From: an uncultured Gammaproteobacteria bacterium | GTDB taxonomy: Bacteria > Patescibacteriota > Patescibacteriia > UBA2591 > UBA6264 | Assembly (NCBI GenBank): GCA_964596735.1 | Contig: CAZQVF010000007.1 | Span: 5,772-69,771 of the forward strand | Direction of reading: 5' to 3' | DNA length: 64,000 bases | Shown: positions 33,307 through 42,797 of the stretch, piece by piece | Numbering within the stretch: the stretch's first letter is position 1 | How the letters are laid out: each line of letters starts with the position of its first letter | Program-made: the position numbers and the translations under genes | Notes under the pieces: model-generated | Databases searched by the model: none | Seen by the model: only the letters and a program-made list of their open reading frames with translations | What the model was told of the DNA's origin: nothing

Positions 33307-34191
33307 TCAATAACCAGTGAAAAGGCAACAAACCGTTCCAGACAAGGGCCATTTTGTTTTTCTGGCTTTAATTACTCCGGCCAAGGATAAGAGGGAATTA
33401 TATGCATTCATTGAAATACCCGTTTCAGTTTTTAATAATTTTTTAGCCTGTCTTAAGGATTGATCACTGATAATCCAGCCTGAGCCTAATGATTCTTGAA
33501 CCGCCTTGTTAATTTCTTGTTTTCTTAAGCCAATACGATCAACAATAGCCCCGGCCAATGAGGTTTTTCGAGGAGAAAATTGATGGTCAAAATTTCTAGT
33601 TAAGGGGTGAATTTTTTCAGTCTGGACCAGATGAATTTCTATTTTCTTTTTTAATTTTTTAAACCCTTGATGTAGCCCGAGGGCAGTAATACCAGAAGAA
33701 GTAGGAATAAAAACAGATTTTAAATTCGGAATTTGGCTTAATTCTTTGGCCAAAGAATAATAAGCTTGGGGAGCTGTTGGTTCAGTTGAACCACGCAAAA
33801 AAACTGCTTTATGTTTTTTAGAAAATAAAAAGGCCTGCTGTTTAGGTCTTAATACTTTTTTAATCTTAACATCTTGGCAGATGCCAATGGTTTTTTTCAA
33901 ACGTTGAATTTTTTCTACAGAAATATTTTTTGAAACAAAAATCATTAAACTACTCTTTGTTTTTACATATTTGGTAAGAAAATGAGCCGCAGCAATAGCT
34001 GCATTTCCTGAAGAAGAAATAACAAATTTTTTTTGATCTCTTTTTAAATGATCTTTAATGAGTTTTTCTAGTAACCTGATTTTATGGGAACCGGCTTCGT
34101 TTAAATATTCATGTTTAATCCAAAGACTAGGCAAACCAATTTTATTAGCCAGGCTAGGATATGATTTTTGTAAGGTTTTATTCATTGACAT
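33307..34191 (-). CDS. Fold-type II PLP-dependent enzyme (threonine/cysteine synthase-like)
   Basis: KHEYLNEAGSHKIR (PLP Lys), SSSGNAA, PTSSG and LFTG. Confidence 0.8.
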   Translation of the reverse strand: MSMNKTLQKSYPSLANKIGLPSLWIKHEYLNEAGSHKIRLLEKLIKDHLKRDQKKFVISSSGNAAIAAAHFLTKYVKTKSSLMIFVSKNISVEKIQRLKKTIGICQDVKIKKVLRPKQQAFLFSKKHKAVFLRGSTEPTAPQAYYSLAKELSQIPNLKSVFIPTSSGITALGLHQGFKKLKKKIEIHLVQTEKIHPLTRNFDHQFSPRKTSLAGAIVDRIGLRKQEINKAVQESLGSGWIISDQSLRQAKKLLKTETGISMNAYNSLLSLAGVIKARKTKWPLSGTVCCLFTGY

Positions 34192-34210
34192 TAGTTGCTC
34201 TTTTTTTTAA

Positions 34211-34316
34211 AATTAAATTACCTTATTATTTATACAATTAATTTTTAATTTCAAGCTTTGCTTAATTTGAGCGTAGCGAAAATCAAGGTTCTGCGAACGC
34301 AGTGAGCAGGTCCTTA
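34211..34316. repeat. Dispersed intergenic repeat, copy 2 (expanded palindromic part)
   Basis: AATTAAATTACCTT..TATACAAT..AATTTCAAG..TCAAGGTTCTGCGAACGCAGTGAGCAGGTCCTTA. Confidence 0.7.
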
Positions 34317-34326
34317 TAATAACTTT

Positions 34327-34497
34327 ATGAATTTAGTTTGTCCAGAATGTAAAAATAATATTGAGCTCCCTGGTTCAACAGATTTATCTGTGGGAAGTGT
34401 TTTAGAATGTAATACTTGTGGGATTACTCTTGAGGTAGGAAAGATTGACATTGACAATGAAAAAGTTAGCCTTGAGGTGATTGACGAAGGCAAGTAA
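34327..34497 (+). CDS. LysW-like zinc-ribbon small protein (56 aa, missing from the ORF track)
   Basis: MNLVCPECKNNIELPGSTDLSVGSVLECNTCGITLEVGKIDIDNEKVSLEVIDEGK; two CxxC pairs with LysW-like spacing; TATAAT 6 nt upstream of ATG. Confidence 0.75.
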   Translation: MNLVCPECKNNIELPGSTDLSVGSVLECNTCGITLEVGKIDIDNEKVSLEVIDEGK

Positions 34498-35899
34498 TTG
34501 TTTGTTCTATCATTCCTCTAAAACCATGAGAACCGAGAAAAATAACCACATCTTTTGGTTTAACTTCGTTGACTAAGAAATCAACTAATTTGTCATCATC
34601 CTCTAAATAAAGAACTTTTGTTTCTTTATTTTTTTGTCTAATAATATTTGCCAATTCTTGTCCATCCATTCTTTTCTCTTGATGAGCATCAGTCTTGGTT
34701 TTGGATAAACGAGGAATAATTAAATAATCAGCTTGATTAAAAACATGAGAATAAAATTTCTGACTACTAATAGTACGATTACCCACATTGGGCTCATAAA
34801 CAGCAAATATTTTTGCTTGAGGAAAATGTTTTCTCACCGCCATTAAACTAACCTGAGCTTTACTTGGAGAATGAGCGATGTCATCAATAATCTTAACTTC
34901 ATTTACTTTGTCTCTTATTTCTAGACGACGTTTGACCCCTTGGAAGCCAGCTACTGATTTTTTAATTATGTTCAAATCAATTCCTATATTATGGGCCAAG
35001 GCAATACCAGAGGATAAATTTTCAATCAAATGTTCTCCCAACAAAGAGGTGGTGAATTTACTTAAAATTTTCCCATTGCAGTAAATAGTAAATTCAGAAG
35101 AACCTTTTTTTAAAGAGTTTATTTCATAAGTATAGTTTTTATCACTAAATTTTAAACCCTTTTTACCATAGCGAGTAATTTCAGCCTTAGTTTGACTAAC
35201 AATCTTATCTATTTTTTGATCATTTTCTCTCTGAGCAGCAATAATTTGTCCATTTTGGGGAATTAATTTAATAAGCTCTTGGAAGACTTGATTATATTTT
35301 TTTTCTGTAGGAAAAACATCTAGATGATCCCAAACAATAGAAGTCAAAATTAAGTGAGTGGGTTTGTATAAAAAGAATTTTGGATAAGGATCCCAGCGAG
35401 CCGTAGTATATTCATCTCCCTCAACAATACTCCAATTACCCTGATTGTTTTCAGCTCCAGAGTCAAGGTTTTTTGCCAGACCACCGACAAACCAACTTGG
35501 GTTTAAATCAGCCTTTTTAAATAAATGAGCCAGAAAGGCAGCAATAGTAGTTTTGCCATAAGTTCCGGTAATGACAATGGAATTCTTTTTAATAATATAC
35601 TGAGCCACTATTTCAGGATAAGATTTAATGGTTAAATTTTTTTCTTTAGAAAACAAGTATTCAGGGTTTTTTAAAGAGATAAAATTACCAACAACAACTA
35701 TTTCTGGTTGATTCATCTTTTCTGGATGCCAGCCAGGGTAAAAGTCAATTTGATGTTCTTTTAGAAAATCACTAATGGGAGGAAAGAATCCTTTATCAGA
35801 GCCGGTTACCTGCCAACCCATTTTTTTCATCATAACAGCAATGGCGCCCATGCCGACGCCACATATTCCAATAAAATGAATGTGTTTTTGTTCTGTCAT
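34466..35899 (-). CDS. Mur ligase, Mpl/MurC family
   Basis: IHFIGICGVGMG, TGSD, TGTYGKTT, VEGDEY, DHLD, GVKRRLE and DDIAHSP. Confidence 0.88.
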   Translation of the reverse strand: MTEQKHIHFIGICGVGMGAIAVMMKKMGWQVTGSDKGFFPPISDFLKEHQIDFYPGWHPEKMNQPEIVVVGNFISLKNPEYLFSKEKNLTIKSYPEIVAQYIIKKNSIVITGTYGKTTIAAFLAHLFKKADLNPSWFVGGLAKNLDSGAENNQGNWSIVEGDEYTTARWDPYPKFFLYKPTHLILTSIVWDHLDVFPTEKKYNQVFQELIKLIPQNGQIIAAQRENDQKIDKIVSQTKAEITRYGKKGLKFSDKNYTYEINSLKKGSSEFTIYCNGKILSKFTTSLLGEHLIENLSSGIALAHNIGIDLNIIKKSVAGFQGVKRRLEIRDKVNEVKIIDDIAHSPSKAQVSLMAVRKHFPQAKIFAVYEPNVGNRTISSQKFYSHVFNQADYLIIPRLSKTKTDAHQEKRMDGQELANIIRQKNKETKVLYLEDDDKLVDFLVNEVKPKDVVIFLGSHGFRGMIEQTITCLRQSPQG

Positions 35900-35900
35900 T

Positions 35901-37010
35901 TTAAATAAATAAATTTGTCCAATCTTTTGGCCAGCGAATTAAGTCAGTTGTTGGCAACCCGGTTTCTTTCTCTGTTCTTTTAATTACTTCTTTAGCTTGT
36001 TTTTCTTCTAAGCCCTGAGTATTTAAGGCAATAGCGACTACTTTTGTGTTTCTAAAATTAGGGAGAACAGATTTTTCATAGGCATAAATAGCATTTTTGA
36101 TTTCTGGTAATGGCAGTAATTGACATCCAGTAATTCTTTTCCTTTGTGGTCGATGAACCAAAACTAAGTGGGTTGGGCAGGCGCCGTGAATTAGAGCTAG
36201 AGAAGTTGTTGAATAAGCCGGATGAAACAATGAGCCCTGTCCCTCAATAAAATAAATATCGGGATTGTCTTTTTCTTTTTCTAAAATCATTTTTTCAACT
36301 GCTCCGGCCATAAAGTCGCCTTCACATTTATCAACAGTAATGCCCCAGCCCTCAATCATAATAGCGGTTTGTCCGGTGGGAATAAGACAGGGCTTTAATC
36401 CTTTATTCTTGATCATCTTTACTAATTCATAAGTAGCGGTTAACTTACCAATAGCGGCGTCAGTCCCCACAGTCAAAACAATGGGTTTTTTTATTTGATA
36501 GGCTTGACAACTAGCCAGAGGGAGGTTTTGAGGAGGAATTCTTGTTTCCCAAATTTTTCTTTTTTCTTTTTCGGCTGCTTTTTTAAGTTGAGGAAAAGAA
36601 CAGAGAGGGGAATGCATGCCACTGACAATATCAAGTCCATTTTCTAAGGCCCAGCATAAATCATTAAGGAAGAGTTTGGGCAACTGCCCTCCTTCAGGAG
36701 CAATGCCAATAACTAAAGTATTGGCATTGGTTTTTTCCTTGGCTTCTTGAATGGTTTTAAAAATAGGAATTTTTTTGTTTGTTTTTAAAATTGTTGAGAC
36801 ATCTGTTTTTTTGCACTGAGAGTCAATTACTCCAACTACCCTATATTGAGCATAGCGTAAAATTCCATCAGCTGTTTTCGCTCGCGAAGGCATTTTCCCC
36901 CGCATCTTTAAATTAAAAGCTCCTTCAACATAAATCAAAATAGACCTGTTTTTGTCATTAAGATTTATAGATGTGTTTAAAATAAGAGATTTTAATGCAT
37001 TGCTAGCCAT
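35901..37010 (-). CDS. DUF1611 (DgcN-like) P-loop protein
   Basis: KTADGILRY, GIAPEGGQLP, VGTDAAIGKL, TGQT, FMAGAVE and EGQGSLFHPAYS. Confidence 0.85.
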   Translation of the reverse strand: MASNALKSLILNTSINLNDKNRSILIYVEGAFNLKMRGKMPSRAKTADGILRYAQYRVVGVIDSQCKKTDVSTILKTNKKIPIFKTIQEAKEKTNANTLVIGIAPEGGQLPKLFLNDLCWALENGLDIVSGMHSPLCSFPQLKKAAEKEKRKIWETRIPPQNLPLASCQAYQIKKPIVLTVGTDAAIGKLTATYELVKMIKNKGLKPCLIPTGQTAIMIEGWGITVDKCEGDFMAGAVEKMILEKEKDNPDIYFIEGQGSLFHPAYSTTSLALIHGACPTHLVLVHRPQRKRITGCQLLPLPEIKNAIYAYEKSVLPNFRNTKVVAIALNTQGLEEKQAKEVIKRTEKETGLPTTDLIRWPKDWTNLFI

Positions 37011-38119
37011 AAGCCAATAATAACCATAAATGAATTAATAAGCCAAAAGCGCATTACTATTTTTTCTTCACTCCAACCATGAAATTCTAAATGATGGTGG
37101 AGGGGAGCCATTTTAAAAAGGCGGCGGCCCAAACCATAGCGCCAAAAAGTTTGTAAAATTACAGAGAAAATTTCAAGCAAAAAGATAAACCCAAAAAACG
37201 GGATTAACATTAAACGATTTTGGGCAAGCATCATTACGGCAAACAAAGAGCCCATGGCTAAAGAGCCAACGTCACCCATTTGAAAACGAGCCGGTTTAAT
37301 ATTAAAATAAACATAAGCAATCAAAGCTCCAATAACTGTGGCGTTTAAAACAGAGAACGGAAGACTTCCTTGAAAATAACTTAAAATAGCTAATCCACCA
37401 AAGGCAGAGATTAAAACTCCTCCAGAAAGCCCATCAAGACCATCAGAAATATTAACAGCATTGGCAAGGAAAACAACAATAAAAATAATAATAGGGAGCA
37501 TCCAATAACCTAAGAAGATTTCACCATTAAAAGGAATCCACACATAAAGCCATTCTTCACCCAATTTAAAAACAATCCACCAGGCCGTAATCGCTCCGGC
37601 AGTAATTTGTAAAAGGATTTTTTCATGAGGCAAAACCCCGCGGTTTGGTTGAGGACTAAAAATATGAAAACTGTTGCGGAATATTATCCAAGGCAGAGTA
37701 ATGGCTAAGTAAGAACGATACAGGATATTTTTATGAACCTTAATTAATTTAAAGGTCATTTTTAAAGAACGGACATGCCGTTTTTTGCCAAAAACATTTA
37801 ATACATCGTCCCAAGCTCCTAAAACAGCGGCTAAACACATTACGCCGATAGGGACATAAGTAAATCTTTGATCCCAATTAAAAATAACAGTAACAACTAA
37901 AATTGTAATTACTATTAATAAACCACCCATAATGGGCGTGCCAGTTTTCTCTGTTCGATGACCAATTCCCTTGGCCAAACCAACTTCAAAAGTTCTTTTA
38001 ATTTTAAATCTTTCTAATAAACGAATCAACAAAGGAGCGCCAATAAACGCTACTAAACCAGAAAAAATAACAAAAACTAGGGTCGTGTTTAAGATAGAAT
38101 GATTTAAAATATCAGTCAT
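36992..38119 (-). CDS. mraY: Phospho-N-acetylmuramoyl-pentapeptide transferase
   Basis: KTGTPIMGG, NAVNISDGLDGL, MGDVGSLAMG and MAPLHHHLE. Confidence 0.93.
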   Translation of the reverse strand: MTDILNHSILNTTLVFVIFSGLVAFIGAPLLIRLLERFKIKRTFEVGLAKGIGHRTEKTGTPIMGGLLIVITILVVTVIFNWDQRFTYVPIGVMCLAAVLGAWDDVLNVFGKKRHVRSLKMTFKLIKVHKNILYRSYLAITLPWIIFRNSFHIFSPQPNRGVLPHEKILLQITAGAITAWWIVFKLGEEWLYVWIPFNGEIFLGYWMLPIIIFIVVFLANAVNISDGLDGLSGGVLISAFGGLAILSYFQGSLPFSVLNATVIGALIAYVYFNIKPARFQMGDVGSLAMGSLFAVMMLAQNRLMLIPFFGFIFLLEIFSVILQTFWRYGLGRRLFKMAPLHHHLEFHGWSEEKIVMRFWLINSFMVIIGLWLAMH

Positions 38120-38121
38120 AG

Positions 38122-38835
38122 TTAAAATTTTAACCGTCGAATTACTATTTCATCGTTCATTTTTTCACTTAATTCTTTTAAGCCACTTTTCTCTAAGAGA
38201 ATAGTATTTTGAAATACCCCTGGACCAAAATAATCTCTTTGTTTTGGTCTGGGAGCATGAACATAGACAATTTTTTTAATTTGGTTATTTTCTTTTTTTA
38301 CCTTTGTTATTAAGTAAACATGTCTGAGGTCGGTGCGAATTAACATATCATCTGGTTTAATTTTTTGAAAATCATTAATCAGAAAACTATTTTTGTCATT
38401 AGCGAGAACGCGAACACTGATATTTTCTATTGGCCTGAGCCAAGCAATAAGCCAGCGCCAGGGATTTCTAAAAAACGAAATGATTTTTATTTTTTTTAAA
38501 ATATTTATTTTTTTGTTTTCTTGATAAACAGCTTGAAGAACATAAATGGCCAGACCAGAACAATCAATCCCAAGATTATGTTCAACTAAAAATTGGTAAA
38601 GCCTTTGCTCTGATAATTTGTTTAAATCAACTTCTTCTTTTAAACTAACGAAATTTGCTTCATTAATAATTTCTTGAGCTGAAGCCTTGCCCAGGAATAC
38701 TCTCAAGGCGGCTCTTTGTTTTTTTAAATTAGTATAATAAGGACAAATAATGGGCTTGCCGCCAATAACCATTTTTAAATATGAATCAATAATCTTTTGG
38801 CCAGACTCTGGAATTTTAAATGTTTGTTCATTCAT
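38122..38835 (-). CDS. Hypothetical protein with NlpC/P60-like DCSG motif
   Basis: LGIDCSGL plus downstream His residues (RHVYLI, YVHA). Confidence 0.55.
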   Translation of the reverse strand: MNEQTFKIPESGQKIIDSYLKMVIGGKPIICPYYTNLKKQRAALRVFLGKASAQEIINEANFVSLKEEVDLNKLSEQRLYQFLVEHNLGIDCSGLAIYVLQAVYQENKKINILKKIKIISFFRNPWRWLIAWLRPIENISVRVLANDKNSFLINDFQKIKPDDMLIRTDLRHVYLITKVKKENNQIKKIVYVHAPRPKQRDYFGPGVFQNTILLEKSGLKELSEKMNDEIVIRRLKF

Positions 38836-40010
38836 TTGAAGTTTTTTAGCAATTGTTTGGCAAAGGTGTTTAATTGATTGTTTTTAGTAATAAATCCGGT
38901 TTTAAGATTTTGAATTCTAAATAATTCAGTATTGTGTTTTTCTGTTTTTAAATCACCCTTAATTATTTTAATATCTGAATAGTTAATTTTTTTAAATTTA
39001 AGGCTATTTTTATTCTTTTTTCTAATAATAATCTGAGCTCCGCGATTAATTCTTTGAAAAGATTTTTCAATCTGTTCACCGGTTCCAGGTAAGGGCAGAT
39101 GTAATAAAGCAGCGACATGAGCGGCAAAGATGGTAATTCCCTTGCCTTGTTTTTTTTGTAAAGCGGTTTCTAAACCAGTTGAGGCTGGTTGCCGGGCATT
39201 GATTTCAATAACCAGCCATTTTTTTCCTTTGATAAAATCAATACCAAACAACCCTTGCCAACCATTTTTAATCATAGCTTGTCCAATTTTTTCAGACAAG
39301 GCTTTAATTGTTTTAAAATCGTTTGAATTAAGAGTTTTTTGAGCTAGAGACCAATCATTGCCTGTTGTAGAATAAGGAAAATCAGTTAACTGTTTTAAGC
39401 CGGTTATTTGATAACTAGGAGTGCCGATTAAAACGCATTTTTGCCAAAGACAAATACTGACGGTAATAGCGGGGCTGTTGATAAATTGAGTACATTTTAT
39501 TTGTCTTTGAGGAAATTTTTCAATTAACTCTTTCCATTGTTTGGCTTGAGAAATTAAAAGAGTACCCTGGCCAGTATGGCTACGGTTGAATTGACCAATA
39601 AATGAAGACCCCAGGGTTTTTTTTAATTTTTGAAAAGAACTTTTATTTGGAGTAGTAATAACTGTTTTTGGTAAACTTGCAGGAATAATTGTTTTTAGCC
39701 ATTTGTATTGGCTAATCTTATTTTCATATTTTTCCACTAAATGATAATCTGGATTTAAAAGTTTTAATTTTTTTTGTTTAGCTAGTCTTTGAATTTTTAC
39801 ATTGTTTTTAAAAACAATAATAGAGCTGAGGGGTAAAGTTTTTTTTTCTAAAATCTCTGTCGTATCTTTGGGAGGAGTATTGGTAACAGTTTTGTAATTT
39901 ACTAACCTACCTAAACCAGAGGCTCTTTCTTTCTCTCGGGTAATATAAAATAAAGGTTTTTTTGAAATTCTTTTTTTAATTTGATTGAGAATTTGTTTAT
40001 TAGTAATCAT
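38832..40010 (-). CDS. ATP-grasp domain protein
   Basis: ENKISQY, SHTGQGT loop, TTGNDW, GLFGIDF and IEINAR. Confidence 0.8.
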   Translation of the reverse strand: MITNKQILNQIKKRISKKPLFYITREKERASGLGRLVNYKTVTNTPPKDTTEILEKKTLPLSSIIVFKNNVKIQRLAKQKKLKLLNPDYHLVEKYENKISQYKWLKTIIPASLPKTVITTPNKSSFQKLKKTLGSSFIGQFNRSHTGQGTLLISQAKQWKELIEKFPQRQIKCTQFINSPAITVSICLWQKCVLIGTPSYQITGLKQLTDFPYSTTGNDWSLAQKTLNSNDFKTIKALSEKIGQAMIKNGWQGLFGIDFIKGKKWLVIEINARQPASTGLETALQKKQGKGITIFAAHVAALLHLPLPGTGEQIEKSFQRINRGAQIIIRKKNKNSLKFKKINYSDIKIIKGDLKTEKHNTELFRIQNLKTGFITKNNQLNTFAKQLLKNFK

Positions 40011-40029
40011 GGGTGGTGTTTGTTTAACT

Positions 40030-40134
40030 TTATAGAATATAAAATTTTTCTACAGGTACAATAATTACCAAGATTCCAATTATACTTCCGATTCCTAGAG
40101 CGCCAATAAGTGAGATAGCTTGTATTAAATCCAT
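40030..40134 (-). CDS. Small hydrophobic ORF (34 aa) or gene remnant
   Basis: MDLIQAISLIGALGIGSIIGILVIIVPVEKFYIL, starting 11 nt after the NUDIX stop. Confidence 0.35.
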   Translation of the reverse strand: MDLIQAISLIGALGIGSIIGILVIIVPVEKFYIL

Positions 40135-40145
40135 AAAAAGTAGAT

Positions 40146-40646
40146 TTAAAATAATTTAACGTATTCTTTCATTTTAGGCAAAAAATTCTCAGGGCGCGTT
40201 TCCAGTTCTTTCAATAATTCTTCTTTTAAAAACCACTTAATTTCTTCAACTTCATCTTCTTGAATTTTAAATTCATTAATATCTTTATCAGTAATTAATG
40301 TGTACCACTGAGTAAAATGATAATATTCTCCTTTGGTTTTTCTCTTTGGTCCCGGTGTTGGTTTAATGTTTTTAAGTCCAAGTTCCTCTTCGGCTTCTTT
40401 GATTATATTCTTTTCATAACTCTCACCCTCATCAACGGTTCCGGCAGCAGCAGGGCCCCATCTTCTTGGATGATGAGATTTATTACAATGACGTCTAGCA
40501 AGTAATATCTTCCCGCTAGAGTTGGTAATCCATAAAGCAGAAACTCGATATATATCTTCTTTTTTTAGAGTGCCCCTGTCTTTATGGCCAATTATATTAT
40601 CGTCTTTATCTACAATTATTATTTTTGGTTTTATTATTTTTGACAT
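40146..40646 (-). CDS. NUDIX hydrolase (IDI type 1-like)
   Basis: Nudix box GTVDEGESYEKNIIKEAEEELG. Confidence 0.85.
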   Translation of the reverse strand: MSKIIKPKIIIVDKDDNIIGHKDRGTLKKEDIYRVSALWITNSSGKILLARRHCNKSHHPRRWGPAAAGTVDEGESYEKNIIKEAEEELGLKNIKPTPGPKRKTKGEYYHFTQWYTLITDKDINEFKIQEDEVEEIKWFLKEELLKELETRPENFLPKMKEYVKLF

Positions 40647-40736
40647 TATTATGTTGATAATTTAATAAAGTGGACCCGAGCGAAACAGGGTGGAGCGAAA
40701 ACGCAGCGTTTCCAAGCGACCAGAGGGAGCGCATAG

Positions 40737-41438
40737 TTAATTCTGTACCCCGTTAATAAATTCAATAAGCTTATTCCTAAAAATAGCAGAAGTCCAAATA
40801 TCATTATGTCCTTTTCCTTTGATCAACACGTATTCTTTTTTTTCAGTTAGAATTTCGTCAAATAATTTCTGAGAAAATCTATGGGGGATTACAAAATCAC
40901 TATCACCATGCAATATAATTATATTTCCTTCAAAATTCTGGAGCCATTTTATATTATCATATTTTTCCCTCAATAGAATTGATGCAGGATAAATAATGTA
41001 CTTTGATTGGGCAACATCATCTAATCTTGAAAATGTCGTAACCAGAATTAAAGAATCAACATTTCCTATATAGACATGATAACTTGCCGCTCCGGAACCA
41101 ATGCTTTGACCGTAAACTATTACATTTTTGAAAGAATTCTCTTCAACAAAATTGTGAATATTCTGAACATCTTCAAGTATTAATTTTTTAGACGGTTTTT
41201 TATTGTCATTTGAATAGCCAGCATATTCCACAAAAATTAATGAATTGTTTGATTGTTCAAAAGTTGATTTAAAATAACTGCGGTCACAGGCAGATCCTGC
41301 ATTTCCATGATAATAAACAATGACCGTATCAAAAGAGCCCTGTTTATAATAAAATCTTGTTCCATTATAATTTATTTTTTTATAATCTTTAAATCCAGCG
41401 CAGTTTTCAAAATCTTGATTATCTGGATAATAAATCAT
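40737..41438 (-). CDS. ABHD-like alpha/beta hydrolase (true start probably further upstream)
   Basis: YHGNAG, GQSIG, HGDSD and GHND; frame stays open upstream to ~41576 through a TM helix without an ATG. Confidence 0.82.
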   Translation of the reverse strand: MIYYPDNQDFENCAGFKDYKKINYNGTRFYYKQGSFDTVIVYYHGNAGSACDRSYFKSTFEQSNNSLIFVEYAGYSNDNKKPSKKLILEDVQNIHNFVEENSFKNVIVYGQSIGSGAASYHVYIGNVDSLILVTTFSRLDDVAQSKYIIYPASILLREKYDNIKWLQNFEGNIIILHGDSDFVIPHRFSQKLFDEILTEKKEYVLIKGKGHNDIWTSAIFRNKLIEFINGVQN

Positions 41439-41589
41439 TGATTTTTGTTTGAGAAAAAGGAATAAACCAAACAGGAAATAGGTTATTATAAATGCTATTG
41501 AAATATTGATAATAAATTTTTTAAATGGCGCATAATTTTTAGTTAATTTTATTTTGATAGGCTTTTTCTTTAATAATTATATATAAAAA

Positions 41590-41988
41590 TTATTCTTTCT
41601 TTACTGCGATTACATCAATTTCAATATCACAACCTTCTTTGACAGTCTTACTAATTTCTACTAAAGTGCTCACTGGTTTTGAATTAGCAAAATATTTATT
41701 CCTGATTGGAGAAATTTTTGAAAAATCGCTCATTTTTGTGACATAGATAACAGCTTTAACAACATCATCTAATGATGAATTTGCCTCATTCAATATTTTT
41801 CGAATGCTTTCAAAAACAAATTCGGTTTGTTTTTCTATATCATCAGGTGCAATCGCATTTCCATTTTTATCCATAGCGATTTGTCCTGTAACGAAAATCA
41901 TTTTGGAATTACCCACATCAATTTTTAAGCCATGTGAGTATGCACCCATAATTTCAGCGGAACCTTTTGGATTAATTTGTTGTTTCAT
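41590..41988 (-). CDS. RidA/YjgF-family protein
   Basis: GAYSHG, FVTGQIA, PVSTLVEI and IEIDVIA. Confidence 0.9.
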   Translation of the reverse strand: MKQQINPKGSAEIMGAYSHGLKIDVGNSKMIFVTGQIAMDKNGNAIAPDDIEKQTEFVFESIRKILNEANSSLDDVVKAVIYVTKMSDFSKISPIRNKYFANSKPVSTLVEISKTVKEGCDIEIDVIAVKKE

Positions 41989-42039
41989 AGTAGTAAAGAA
42001 AAATACTAATTAATAAAACTTTGTCTTTTGAAAAATTTC

Positions 42040-42171
42040 ACATAACGTTCCTGCGTATACGACGTTTGCTTGTGAGTGTGCTGGTACAATTTTTTCAAAA
42101 ACCAGCTAAGCTAACAAGCAAATGTGGGCGAAGGCCGAGCTGAGGCCTGAGCCGCATACGCTGTGTTAGGC
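42040..42171 (-). other. Integron attC site (132 bp)
   Basis: Minus strand R'' GCCTAAC ... R' GTTATGT; inner inverted repeats GCGTATGCG/CGTATACGC, TTTGCTTGT/ACAAGCAAA and GCTGGT/ACCAGC; lies between two co-oriented genes. Confidence 0.8.
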
Positions 42172-42244
42172 GAGGGTGAGCCGTAGCGTAGCGGAGGCGA
42201 AAGCGTAGCGTCCCCTTGAGTTCAAGCCTGAGCCCTTCCTCGAT

Positions 42245-42735
42245 TTAGTTTTTAACATTCTTTTGTTTGATTACAATAATTTGTCCAGTAATATGGTCTG
42301 CCTCTTTTGAGGCTAAAAACAAAGCCAAGCTCGCGACATCTTCAGGTTGAAGTGCATTGTCTGGTGTAGCGTCCTCTGGGAAAAATTTTTTGTACGCTTC
42401 AGTTGCCACGTCAGAAGGCGAAATTCAATCCCCGAAAATGCCTTATCTTTTGAATGCCAAATTCCAGCCACATTAACGAGAATATCAATTTCGCCTTCTG
42501 ATTCTTTAATACTCTGAGCAAGTTTTTTTATCTCATCAATCTGTCTCAGATCAATACAAAAAATTTTTCCTTCACCGCCAGCTTGCTTCACAAGTTTAAG
42601 TGTATTTTCTAACTCATCTTTTGAGCGAGCTAAAAGTATAGTTTTCGCACCTTCCGAAGCGAGCTTGACGGCGATAGCACGACCAATACCAGTACTTGCA
42701 CCTGTTATGACGGCAATTTTGTTTTTTAGCTTCAT
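42245..42735 (-). pseudogene. Short-chain dehydrogenase/reductase with internal deletion and frameshift
   Basis: N-terminal TGASTGIG...LVNVAG; after ~42420 a different frame encodes an SDR C-terminus (SPSDVATEAYKKFF...PEDVASLALFLASKEADHITGQII); the YxxxK region is absent. Confidence 0.8.
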
Positions 42736-42797
42736 AAAATTATTGTAATCATTTAAAGTTTATAAAACAATCGATAGCTTGATAGGCTCAGGCTTGA

